Assembly (NCBI GenBank): GCA_963822945.1
Contig: CAWGJO010000006.1
Coordinates: 1-64,000, forward strand
DNA from: an uncultured Gemmatimonadaceae bacterium
GTDB lineage: Bacteria; Gemmatimonadota; Gemmatimonadetes; Gemmatimonadales; Gemmatimonadaceae
Direction of reading: 5' to 3'
DNA length: 64,000 nucleotides
Shown here: positions 31,076-40,345 of the stretch, piece by piece
Layout: every line of letters starts with the position of its first letter
How positions within the stretch are numbered: the first letter of the stretch is position 1
Made by a program: the position numbers and the translations under genes
The notes under the pieces: generated by a model
Told to the model about the DNA's origin: nothing
Seen by the model: the letters and a program-made list of their open reading frames with translations, nothing else
Databases searched by the model: none

Positions 31076-31171
31076 GGGGGGCTGGGAGGCTGTCGGACGG
31101 TCGCGCGGTGAGGCCGTCGGTGGACGGAACGGGTTCCGATGGGTTGCCGGGCGTCCGCCACGCGCGAATAT

Positions 31172-31184
31172 TTAGCTAGGCTAA
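31172..31184. promoter_or_regulatory. Palindromic operator between divergent VOC and MarR genes
   Basis: TTAGC-TAG-GCTAA in an AT-rich patch just upstream of the MarR ATG. Confidence 0.5.
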
Positions 31185-31197
31185 CCAACTATTCATC

Positions 31198-31684
31198 ATG
31201 CCAGCGAAACGCGCAACCCCCCGCCACCCGTCCCGCCCGGCGCGCGGCGCCGGACCTCGAGCCCGCCGAGATCGCCACCCGGCTGCACTCGGCCGCCATC
31301 CACCTGCTGCGCCTGCTCCGGCGCGAGGACGACGCCTCGGGCATCTCGGCGCCCCTGCTCTCGGCGCTGAGCGTGCTGGTGTTCGGGGGCCCGCGCACCC
31401 TGGGGGAACTGGCGGCCGCCGAGCAGGTGCGGCCGGCCACGATGAGCCGGGCGGTGGACGCGCTGGCCGCGGCCGGGCTGGCCGAACGGGCGTCCGACCC
31501 CAGCGACGGGCGCGTGGCGCGCATCCGGGCCACGCCGTCGGGGCGGCGCATGCTGGAGGCCGGGCAGCGGCGCCGGGTGGCCAGCCTCACCAGCCGGCTG
31601 GACGGGCTGACGGCGGCCGACCGGCGAACGCTGGGGACCGCGATCGGGATCCTGGAACGGGTGATCGGCGAGACGCCGGGCTGA
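31198..31684 (+). CDS. MarR family transcriptional regulator (frameshift near start)
   Basis: LGELAAAEQVRPATMSRAVDAL...DPSDGR...TPSG. Confidence 0.88.
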
Positions 31685-31710
31685 CCGGCGCCGGTGGCGG
31701 CTTGCGAAGA

Positions 31711-31751
31711 AGTTAGTCTGGCCTAATAATTGAGTTAGGTCGGCATATATT
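31711..31751 (+). promoter_or_regulatory. Tandem DtxR/MntR-like boxes over the mntH promoter
   Basis: AGTTAGTCTGGCCTAATA and AGTTAGGTCGGCATATAT, 22 bp apart; the second overlaps -10 TATATT. Confidence 0.6.
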
Positions 31752-31758
31752 TCGCGCC

Positions 31759-33152
31759 ATGGTCATTCCGGGCTTTCCCCGCCGTTCGCACCGTCACGAC
31801 GTCACGACGTCCACCTCCACGCCGCCGCAGGGCGGCGGCGGGTGGCGGCGCGCGCGCGTCGCCCCCAGCCTGTCCGACGCCTATCGGACGATTCCGGTCG
31901 ATCGGCGCTCCTGGTGGCGCATGATGCTCGCCTTCGCCGGGCCCGGCTACCTGGTGGCCGTGGGCTACATGGACCCCGGCAACTGGGCCACCGACCTGGC
32001 CGGCGGGTCCGCGTTCGGCTACACGCTGCTCAGCGTGATCATGCTGTCGAACCTCATGGCGATCCTGCTCCAGGGGCTGGCGTCCAAGCTCGGGATCGTC
32101 ACCGGACGCGACCTGGCGCAGGCGTGCCGCGACCACTACTCCCGCCCGGCGGCGATCTTCCACTGGGTCCTGTGCGAGATCGCCATCGCGGCGTGCGACC
32201 TGGCCGAGGTGATCGGATCGGCCATCGCCCTCAACCTGCTGTTCGGGATCCCGCTGGCGATCGGCGTGGTGATCACCGCCTTGGACGTCCTCGTGGTGCT
32301 CGTGCTCCAGAACCGCGGCTTCCGCCTGCTCGAGGCGGTGGTGGTCACGCTCATCGCCACCATCGGCGCCTGCTTCCTGTTCGAGATCCTGCTGTCGCGG
32401 CCCGACATGGCGGCCGTGGTCGCGGGGTTCCTTCCCCAGCGCGAGATCGTGGCCAATCCGGAGATGCTCTACATCGCCATCGGCATCCTCGGCGCCACGG
32501 TGATGCCGCACAACCTGTACCTGCACTCGTCCATCGTGCAGACGCGGCGCTACGAGGAGAACGCGGCCGGAAAGCGCGAGGCGGTGAAGTTCGCGTTCAT
32601 CGACTCCACCATCGCGCTCATGATGGCGCTGTTCATCAATGGGGCGATCCTGGTCGTGGCGGCGGCCACCTTCCACCGCACGGGCCACACGGAAGTGGCC
32701 GAGATCCAGGATGCGTACAAGCTGCTGACGCCGCTGCTCGGCGGCGGCGCGAGCGCCGTGTTCGCGCTGGCGCTGCTGGCGTCGGGGCAGAATTCCACGC
32801 TCACCGGCACGCTGGCCGGCCAGATCGTGATGGAGGGATTCCTCAACATCCGGCTGCGTCCCTGGGTGCGGCGCCTCATCACCCGGCTCATCGCCATCGT
32901 GCCGGCGGTGATCGTGGCCATCGTGGCCGGAGAGTCGGGCACCGCGCAGCTGCTCATCTTCAGCCAGGTGATCCTGAGCTTGCAACTCTCCTTCGCGGTG
33001 TTCCCGCTGGTGCAGTTCACGTCGGAGCGCGAGAAGATGGGCGAGTTCGTGAACCCGCCGCGCTGAAGGTCCTGGCCTGGACGATGGCCTGGTTCATCGC
33101 CGTGCTGAACGCGTGGCTGCTGTTCCAGACCCTCCGTGGATGGCTGCGCTGA
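31759..33152 (+). CDS. mntH: Nramp family Mn2+/Fe2+ transporter (frameshift ~33060)
   Basis: [10 protein letters not shown] and [13 protein letters not shown] signatures. Confidence 0.95.
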
Positions 33153-33621
33153 TGTTCAAGAGGATCCTGCTGCCCGTCGAGAACTCGTCGTACGACGCGG
33201 CGATCGTCGAGTACGTGCGCGATCTCGCCAAGTGGTGCGGCGCGTCGGTGCTCGTGATCCACGTGGCCGACGGCTTGGCGGCGCGCAACGTGAAGGAGCT
33301 CAGCCTTCGGGAGTCGGAGGAGATGCGCGACGATCGCGAGTATGTGGAGCGCATCGCGGCGGAACTCTCGGCGGCGGGGGTCGTGACCGACTGCATCCTG
33401 GCCGGCGGCGAGCCGTCAAGGAGATCGTCGAGGCCGCCGAGCGCGAGCACTGCGATCTGATCGCCATGGCGACGCACGGCCACCGGTTCTTCAAGGATGT
33501 GCTCTTCGGCAGCGTGGCCAACGAGGTGCGGCATACGTCGCGGGTACCGGTGCTGCTGGTGCTCGGCAAGCCGGCCACGCCGCCACGCGCTACGCCGCCG
33601 CACGTGTCGTCGCTCGCGTGA
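33152..33621 (+). CDS. Universal stress protein (frameshift ~33413)
   Basis: [19 protein letters not shown]...FGSVANEV...PVLLV. Confidence 0.9.
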
Positions 33622-34325
33622 AGCCGTCGAAGTCGGGCACGGGAGCGGGCGCGCGGTCCAGGGCGCCGCTCACGGCGCCGGTGGAGGACTACCTCAAGGC
33701 GATCTACGAGTTGGAGAGCCACGGCACGGCGGCCGGCACCAAGGAACTGGCGGCGGCGCTGCGCATCGCCCCCGCTTCGGTGAGCGGAATGGTGCGCCGT
33801 CTGGCCGCGCAGGGGCTCATCGCCTACGAGCGCTACCGTGGCGCGCGGCTCACCGACAAGGGGCGCCGGGCCGCGCTCGGCACCCTGCGCCGGCACCGCG
33901 TGATCGAGGCCTACCTGGCCGAGGCGCTCGGATACCCCTGGGATCGGGTGCACGACGAGGCCGAGTTGCTGGAGCACGCTGCCTCGGACGAGCTGGTGGA
34001 CCGCATGGCGGCCGCCATCGGCGAGCCGGAGACCGATCCCCACGGGGCGCCGATCCCCGCGCGCGACGGCACCATGGACGAGCGCCGCCTGGCCTCGCTG
34101 GACGATCTGCCCCCGGCGCCGAGGCGCGCATCACGCGCGTGGAGGACGACGACCCCGAGCGGCTGCGCTACCTGGGGCGCATGGGCATCCGCCCCGGCGC
34201 GCGGGTACGCATCGTGGAGCGGGCGCCGTACGGCGGCCCCATCACCCTGCGCGTGGCCCGCGCCGAGCGGCACGTGGGATCGGAACTGGCACGCCACGTA
34301 CTGGTCATACCACCGCCCGGGATAA
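33618..34325 (+). CDS. mntR: DtxR/MntR family metal-dependent repressor with FeoA domain (frameshifted; end approximate)
   Basis: EDYLKAIY, RRHRVIE, EAELLEH, DPHGAPIP; FeoA-like LRYLGRMGIRPG after a frameshift at ~34112. Confidence 0.9.
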   Translation: MKPSKSGTGAGARSRAPLTAPVEDYLKAIYELESHGTAAGTKELAAALRIAPASVSGMVRRLAAQGLIAYERYRGARLTDKGRRAALGTLRRHRVIEAYLAEALGYPWDRVHDEAELLEHAASDELVDRMAAAIGEPETDPHGAPIPARDGTMDERRLASLDDLPPAPRRASRAWRTTTPSGCATWGAWASAPARGYASWSGRRTAAPSPCAWPAPSGTWDRNWHATYWSYHRPG

Positions 34326-34334
34326 CTTTCAGCC

Positions 34335-35244
34335 ATGCTGCTTCCGCTCCTCCAGCTTCTCCTGATGCAGGCCGCGCCTCCGGTCGCCGCTCCGCGGCCC
34401 GCCGTGGGGCGGGCGCAGCGGGCGGCAAGCGCGGCGCGTCCGCAGCGGCAGGCAAGCCCCGGCGCCCGCGTTCCCGCCCCCGGCGCAAGAACGATCGCGA
34501 TTGACGAGCGGCTGGCCGCCGACGCGCACCTGCGCGTGGGCGACCGGCTGGTGGTGCGGTCGCGCGTGGACGGACCGGGAGACACGGTGGTGATCGGGAG
34601 CGGTGGTGCGCCGCAGCGCCGACCCGTCGGAAGTGGCGCGCGACGAGTACCGCGTGCTGATGCACCTGGACCAGCTTCAGTCGCTCATCGGGTACGGCGA
34701 CCGCGTGGACCGGTTCGCCGTGGCGACGCGCGACTCCGCGGCCACCGACAGCGCGACGGCGGTAATCAACGACGCGGCGTTCGGGTTCCGGGCGTACCGC
34801 TCCCGCGACATCGCCGTGGAGACCTCGCAGACCTTTCTGGTGGTGAGCCGCTTCCACCGGGCCATCGGCGTGATCACCATCGTGGCGAGCGCCGTGTTCC
34901 TGCTCTGCATCATGCTGCTCAAGGTGGACGAACGCCGGCGCGACGTGGCGGCCTTGCGGCTCATGGGCATCTCGTCGGCCACGGTGCTCAAGGCGGTGGT
35001 GCTGGAGGCGACGTTCGTGGCGGCGCTGGGCAGCCTGTTCGGCGTCGGGATCGGGATCGCGACGTCGGCACTGGTGAACCAACACTACCGCGGTGTCTAT
35101 CGCACGCCGCTGGCGTTCTCGATCGTGACGCCCGACGTGGTGGCGTTCGCGGTGGCGCTGTCGCTGGCGCTGGGCGTGGTGGCCGGGTTCTTCGCGGCGC
35201 GGCGGCTCACCCGTGTGAATCCCCTCGTGCTGTTCGGCCGGTGA
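34335..35244 (+). CDS. FtsX-type ABC transporter permease (frameshift ~34600)
   Basis: ERRRDVAALRLMG...VVLEA; cleavable-looking N-terminal signal. Confidence 0.8.
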
Positions 35245-35248
35245 CGCC

Positions 35249-36433
35249 GTGCTTCTGACCCTCGCCCGGGCCTCGCTGCAGCGCCACCGGCTGCGCACCG
35301 CGCTCGCCGTGGTGGGCGTGGCGGTATCGGCCGCTCTGCTGCTCGACATGGTGATGCTGTCGAGCGGCATGCGCGAGTCGTTCCGGACGCTGCTCGAGTC
35401 GACGGGGTTCGAGATCCGCCTCACGCCCAAGGGCACCATGCCCTTCGACACCGAGGCGACGATCGACAGCGCGAGCGCGCTGATGGCGCAACTCCGCGCC
35501 AACCCGGACATCGCGACGGTGAGCCCCGTGCTCGGCGGGCAGGTGCACGTGCAACTGGCCGGCCGGAACGTCGCGGCGGTGGCCATCGGCATCGAGCCGG
35601 CCGTGCAGGGCGACTACCAACTGCGCGGCGGGCGCGACATCGCGGCGCCCGATCAGATGGTGGTGAGCCCCGAGTTCCTCGCCGCCACCGGAGCCCATGT
35701 GGGCGACACCCTGCGCATTGCCGGCGGATACGACGCGCAGATGCGCACCCTGGTGCGCGAGCGGCGTCTCGTGGTGGCGGGAACGGCGCACTTCGTCTAC
35801 ATGCCGGCCAACCCGCGCGTGGTGGCGATGCCGCTGGCCACGCTGCGCGCGATGACCGGCGCCCGCGACGACCCGGTATCGATCGTCATGCTGCGCCTGC
35901 GGAAGGGGGCCGACGCCTCGGCGGTGCAACAGTGGGTGGCGCGCAACATTCCGCGCGTGACGCCGATTTCCACGGCGGCGGCGCTGCGGCAGGTGGACCA
36001 GCGGCTCAGCTACTTCCGGCAGCTCGCGTTCATTCTCGGATCGGTGAGCCTCACGGTGGGGCTGCTCCTGGTGACCACGCTGGTGACGGTGTCGGTGAAC
36101 GAACGACTGGGAGAGATCGCGGTGATGCGAGCCATCGGAGTGGCCAGGGGGTCGATCGTGGCGCAGGTGCTGGTGGAGGGGGTGGCGATCATGCTCGCCG
36201 GCTCAGTGCTCGGGCTCGGCCTGGGTCTGGTGACGGGGCGGTATCTGAACGGCATCCTGTCGCACTTTCCGGGCCTGCCGGCGGCCATCGACTTCTTCCT
36301 CTTCCAGCCGCGCGACGCCTGGGTGTCGCTGGGGCTGCTGGCGGTGTGCGGCGTGCTGGCGGGCATCTATCCCGCGTGGCGCGGCGCCTCGATGCCGATC
36401 GCCGTCACGCTGCGCGAGGAGGCGGTGGCATGA
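35249..36433 (+). CDS. MacB/FtsX-type ABC transporter permease
   Basis: RHRLRTALAVVGV; ERLGEIAVMRAIG; YPAWRG. Confidence 0.9.
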   Translation: MLLTLARASLQRHRLRTALAVVGVAVSAALLLDMVMLSSGMRESFRTLLESTGFEIRLTPKGTMPFDTEATIDSASALMAQLRANPDIATVSPVLGGQVHVQLAGRNVAAVAIGIEPAVQGDYQLRGGRDIAAPDQMVVSPEFLAATGAHVGDTLRIAGGYDAQMRTLVRERRLVVAGTAHFVYMPANPRVVAMPLATLRAMTGARDDPVSIVMLRLRKGADASAVQQWVARNIPRVTPISTAAALRQVDQRLSYFRQLAFILGSVSLTVGLLLVTTLVTVSVNERLGEIAVMRAIGVARGSIVAQVLVEGVAIMLAGSVLGLGLGLVTGRYLNGILSHFPGLPAAIDFFLFQPRDAWVSLGLLAVCGVLAGIYPAWRGASMPIAVTLREEAVA

Positions 36434-37125
36434 CCGAGCCCGTGCTGGTGCTGAGCGCGCGCGACCTGCGGCGCGACTACCCCATGGGCGCATCGCCGGT
36501 GCACGCGTTGCGCGGCGTGTCGCTCGACGTGGCGCCCGGCGAGTACGTGGCGATCGCCGGCCCGTCGGGGTGCGGCAAGTCGACGCTGCTCAACCTGCTC
36601 GGCGCCATCGACCGGCCGAGCGCCGGCACGGTGAGCATCCAGGGCCGGCGCGTGGACCAGCTCGGCGACCGCGAACGCACGCGGTTCCGGCTGCTGCACA
36701 TCGGGTTCGTGTTCCAGCGTTTCTACCTGATGCCGGCGCTCACGGCCCGTGAGAACGTGGAACTGCCGCTGGCCGAGGCGGGCATGGGCCGCGCCGAACG
36801 GCGCGAACGCGCCCGCGAGCTGCTCACGTACGTCGGGCTCGGCGCGCGCGTGGACCACCGGCCCTCGCAGCTCTCGGGGGGCGAGCAGCAGCGCGTGGCG
36901 ATCGCGCGGGCGCTGGGCAACCGGCCGGCGCTGCTGCTGTGCGACGAACCCACCGGCGAACTCGACGCGCACACCGGCGCCGAGATGATCGCGCTCTTCC
37001 ACCGGCTCAACGCCGACGGCACGACGATCGTGGTGGTGACGCACGACGACGAACTCGCCGCCGCGGCGCGGCGCGTGGTGCACATGAAGGACGGCGCCAT
37101 CGTGTCCGACTCGCGGGTGCGCTGA
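36430..37125 (+). CDS. ABC transporter ATP-binding protein (LolD/MacB type)
   Basis: GPSGCGKST, LSGGEQQR, CDEPT, VTH. Confidence 0.95.
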   Translation: MTEPVLVLSARDLRRDYPMGASPVHALRGVSLDVAPGEYVAIAGPSGCGKSTLLNLLGAIDRPSAGTVSIQGRRVDQLGDRERTRFRLLHIGFVFQRFYLMPALTARENVELPLAEAGMGRAERRERARELLTYVGLGARVDHRPSQLSGGEQQRVAIARALGNRPALLLCDEPTGELDAHTGAEMIALFHRLNADGTTIVVVTHDDELAAAARRVVHMKDGAIVSDSRVR

Positions 37126-37128
37126 GCC

Positions 37129-38688
37129 GTGCTCTCGCTGCTCTCCTTCCGTCACCTGGTGCAGCGCCCATGGCGCACGCTGTTCCTGCTCGCCGGCTAC
37201 GGCCTCGGCGTGGGGGTGATGGTGGTGCTGCTGTCCATCGGCACGGCGATGCTGACGCAGGCTCGCAGCGAACGGTTGGTGGGCGGGGGCGAGATCACCG
37301 TGCTCCCCGAGGGCATCGACGTCGAGGTGATGAAGACGGGCGGGCTGGGCGGGATGTTCCTGTCCATCGACCACGCGCGCTTCGTCTACCGGCAGATTCT
37401 GGCGTCGCCGCGATTGGCGGGCGACGTGACGGCGGCGGCCCCGCAGGTGGTGGGCAAGCTCGTGTATCTCACGCTGCCCGATGGCCGGCAGCAGGCCGTG
37501 CTCGCTACCGGGCAGATCCCGTCGCGCAACGCCGCCGTGGGCGCCGGCGCGCCGATCGTCGACGGGAAGTGGACGGACGATGCGCTCGACCGCGAGTGGA
37601 TGACGCCGACGCCGTACGAACTGCGCAACGAGATCGATCACTTCCACCTGCCGCCGCCGGCGGTGGCGCACGATCCGTCGTGGGCAGAGTGGCACTACTT
37701 CAACGTGGTGTCGGCGGACGGGAAGCAGTGGGCGTTCATCTCGTTCATCGTCGCCGGGCAGGTGCCGAACGGCCGGTGGGGCGGGCAGGTGCTGGTGACG
37801 CTGCACCGTCAGGGGCGGCCGGCGCGGCGCTTCGTCGCCGATGTCCCCGCGTCGCAGGTCCGCTTCTCGACCACGAAGGCCGATCTCCGCATCGGACCGT
37901 CATCGGCGACCCTGCTCCCCGACGGGAGCTATCTCCTGCACGCGAGCGCCACCGAGAGCAGCACCGGGGCGCCGCTGACCGTGGATCTCATGGTCAACCC
38001 CCAGGCGGGTGCCTACTTCCCCGGCGCCGCAATAGCCACGGACTCGATGGTATCCGGATACGTCGTGCCCGCGCTGCGCGCCACCGCCGACGGCGAGATC
38101 TGCGCCGGGTCCAAGTGCGAGCGCTACACGGGCGCGCAGGCATATCACGACCACAACTGGGGCGTGTGGCGCCGTGTGAGTTGGGAGTGGGGGGCGGGGA
38201 GGGCTGGGGAGTTGGGCGTGTTGTACGGCAGGGTGCAGGAAGCCGGTCGGACAGTCGGACAGTCGGACAGTCGGACCGCGAACGGCGGTGACTGTCGAAC
38301 TGTCGGACTGTCCGACTGTCAGACTCTTCGTCCGCTGTTCGTCTACCTCACCGACTCCCTGGGCTTTCTCGCCGTCTTCCGCCCGCGCGACATCGCCTAC
38401 ACCGACGGCGACACGATCGTCGTCAATGGCCACCGGGTGGCCGTGCCGTCGCGCGGGGTGATGACCGACGTGCGCGGCGACGACTCGCTGCGTGTGGAGA
38501 TCGAGGTGCAGGACGCCGCGGGCACGGACACGCGCAACCCACTCGTCGAGCGCGGCGACACGCGCGCGGCGCGGGCCCTGGCCCGCCCCTACTTCATCCA
38601 GATGAAGGGGTTGCTTCACGTGACCGGCCGCGTGCACGGCCGGCCGATTACGGGAACCGGCACCGGGTTCTTCGAGACCTATCGCTGA
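37129..38688 (+). CDS. MacB-like N-terminal permease segment fused to an AttH/CrtC-like beta-rich domain
   Basis: RHLVQRPWRTLFLL plus one TM; WAEWHYFN, YHDHNWG, WEW, terminal GTGFFE. Confidence 0.7.
   Translation: MLSLLSFRHLVQRPWRTLFLLAGYGLGVGVMVVLLSIGTAMLTQARSERLVGGGEITVLPEGIDVEVMKTGGLGGMFLSIDHARFVYRQILASPRLAGDVTAAAPQVVGKLVYLTLPDGRQQAVLATGQIPSRNAAVGAGAPIVDGKWTDDALDREWMTPTPYELRNEIDHFHLPPPAVAHDPSWAEWHYFNVVSADGKQWAFISFIVAGQVPNGRWGGQVLVTLHRQGRPARRFVADVPASQVRFSTTKADLRIGPSSATLLPDGSYLLHASATESSTGAPLTVDLMVNPQAGAYFPGAAIATDSMVSGYVVPALRATADGEICAGSKCERYTGAQAYHDHNWGVWRRVSWEWGAGRAGELGVLYGRVQEAGRTVGQSDSRTANGGDCRTVGLSDCQTLRPLFVYLTDSLGFLAVFRPRDIAYTDGDTIVVNGHRVAVPSRGVMTDVRGDDSLRVEIEVQDAAGTDTRNPLVERGDTRAARALARPYFIQMKGLLHVTGRVHGRPITGTGTGFFETYR
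38246..38325. repeat. Inverted GTCGGACA octamer arrays inside a CDS
   Basis: About 4x GTCGGACA, spacer CGCGAACGGCGGTG, about 4x ACTGTCnn. Confidence 0.9.
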
Positions 38689-38729
38689 GCGCGCTTGACG
38701 GGCTCCGGCGCCGGCCGCCAATTGAGGGC

Positions 38730-39536
38730 ATGGCAGGCACCGTTCATCTCGGCACGCAGGGCTGGAACTACGACGCCTGGGTGGGTCCCTTCTATCCGCC
38801 CAGGACGCGGCCGGCGGAATACCTGACCGTGTACGCGCGGGCGTTCGACACCGTGGAAGTGGATTCGACCTTCTATGCGGTGCCGGCCGCGAAGACGGTA
38901 CGCGGCTGGGCCCGGCGCACGCCGGAGCACTTCCGCTTCGCGCTCAAGATGCCGCAGGAGGTGACGCACGAGCGCCGGTTGCGTGGCTGCGCCGACGTGG
39001 CCCAGGAGTTCTACGACCGCGCGCGCGAGCTGGAGGGGAAGCTCGCCGTGATCCTGCTGCAGTTCGGTCCGGATTTCGGTCCCGTCGAGCTGCCGGCGCT
39101 CGCCGAGTTCCTGCCCACGCTGCCGCCGGACATCCGGTTCGCCGTTGAGTTCCGACAGCGGGGGTGGATCCATGACGGCGTGCTCGCGCTGCTGTCGGAG
39201 CACGGCGTGTCGCTGGCGCTCAACGACGGGAAGTGGATTCCCCGCAAGCAGGTGCTGGCGCTGGCCGAGCGTCCCACGGCCGACCTGATCTACGTGCGAT
39301 GGCTGGGCAATCGCAACATCGTGGATTTCTCGCGCGTGCAGGTGGACCGCACGCGCGACCTCGACGCATGGAGCGGCGTGCTGGCGCGTCTGGAGAAGGA
39401 CGGCCGCACCATCTACGGCTACTTCAACAACCACTTCTCGGGGCACAGCCCGGCGTCGGCGCGCGATCTCCAGCGGCTGCTGCATCAGAGTCCGGTGGAT
39501 CCCGAGACGCTCGGGGAGCAGATGTCGCTGTTCTAG
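38730..39536 (+). CDS. DUF72 family protein
   Basis: GTQGWNY, VEVDSTFY, FALKMP, YVRWLG, YFNNH. Confidence 0.92.
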   Translation: MAGTVHLGTQGWNYDAWVGPFYPPRTRPAEYLTVYARAFDTVEVDSTFYAVPAAKTVRGWARRTPEHFRFALKMPQEVTHERRLRGCADVAQEFYDRARELEGKLAVILLQFGPDFGPVELPALAEFLPTLPPDIRFAVEFRQRGWIHDGVLALLSEHGVSLALNDGKWIPRKQVLALAERPTADLIYVRWLGNRNIVDFSRVQVDRTRDLDAWSGVLARLEKDGRTIYGYFNNHFSGHSPASARDLQRLLHQSPVDPETLGEQMSLF

Positions 39537-39537
39537 A

Positions 39538-39570
39538 GTCGGACAGTCAGACAGTCGGACAGTCGAACAG
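39538..39570 (+). repeat. GTCGGACA octamer array (4 units)
   Basis: GTCGGACA GTCAGACA GTCGGACA GTCGAACA right after the DUF72 stop. Confidence 0.9.
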
Positions 39571-39615
39571 CGCTGGCCCCGCCATGGGGCGCCGGGATTC
39601 GCTACCTTTGGCACC

Positions 39616-40344
39616 ATGTCCCGGCGCATCATCCTGTTCTCGATCATCTCCGTCGCCCTGGCGGCGCTGTTCACCCGGCTCGGCTTCTGGCAGATCAGCC
39701 GGATGCATGAACGGCAGGCGCTCAATGCCTACATCGAGTCGCGCATGGACTCCACGCCGGTGCCCTTCTTCTCGCTCACCGACGACAGCGCCGCGACGCA
39801 CTTCCGCCGCGTCACGGTGAGCGGGACTCCGGACTTCGAGCACGAGTTCTACATCACGGAAGTCTCGCGCAACGGCTCGCCGGGCGTCTACGTCGTCACG
39901 CCGATTCGCGTGGCCGGACACGACACGGCCGTGCTCGTGAACCGCGGGTGGGTGTATGCGCCCGACGCGTCGACCATCGAGCCCGACCGGTGGCACGCGC
40001 CGGACAGCACGTTCGAGGGGTACGTCGACGAGTTCCAACATCCGCTCAAGCTCCTGCGGGAACCGCATCATCTCCGCACGATCAACTACGCGCAGATCTC
40101 CGAGAAACTTCCCTATCCGATCGCCGACACCTACGTGGTGGCGCTGGGGAAGGACTCGGTGGTTTCGGGCGTGCCGCTTCGCATCGCGCCGCCGCCGCTC
40201 GACGAGGGGCCGTTCCGCAGCTATGCCATCCAGTGGTTTGCGTTCGCGCTGGTCTCCATCGGCGGCGCGACGTTCGTGGCGATGAAGGACCGCGAAGCCC
40301 GGCGGGCCGCGGTGCAAGGGGAGTCGAAACCGACGGAGGTCTGA
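39616..40344 (+). CDS. SURF1 family protein
   Basis: LGFWQISR, VLVNRGWV, YAIQWF. Confidence 0.9.
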   Translation: MSRRIILFSIISVALAALFTRLGFWQISRMHERQALNAYIESRMDSTPVPFFSLTDDSAATHFRRVTVSGTPDFEHEFYITEVSRNGSPGVYVVTPIRVAGHDTAVLVNRGWVYAPDASTIEPDRWHAPDSTFEGYVDEFQHPLKLLREPHHLRTINYAQISEKLPYPIADTYVVALGKDSVVSGVPLRIAPPPLDEGPFRSYAIQWFAFALVSIGGATFVAMKDREARRAAVQGESKPTEV

Positions 40345-40345
40345 G

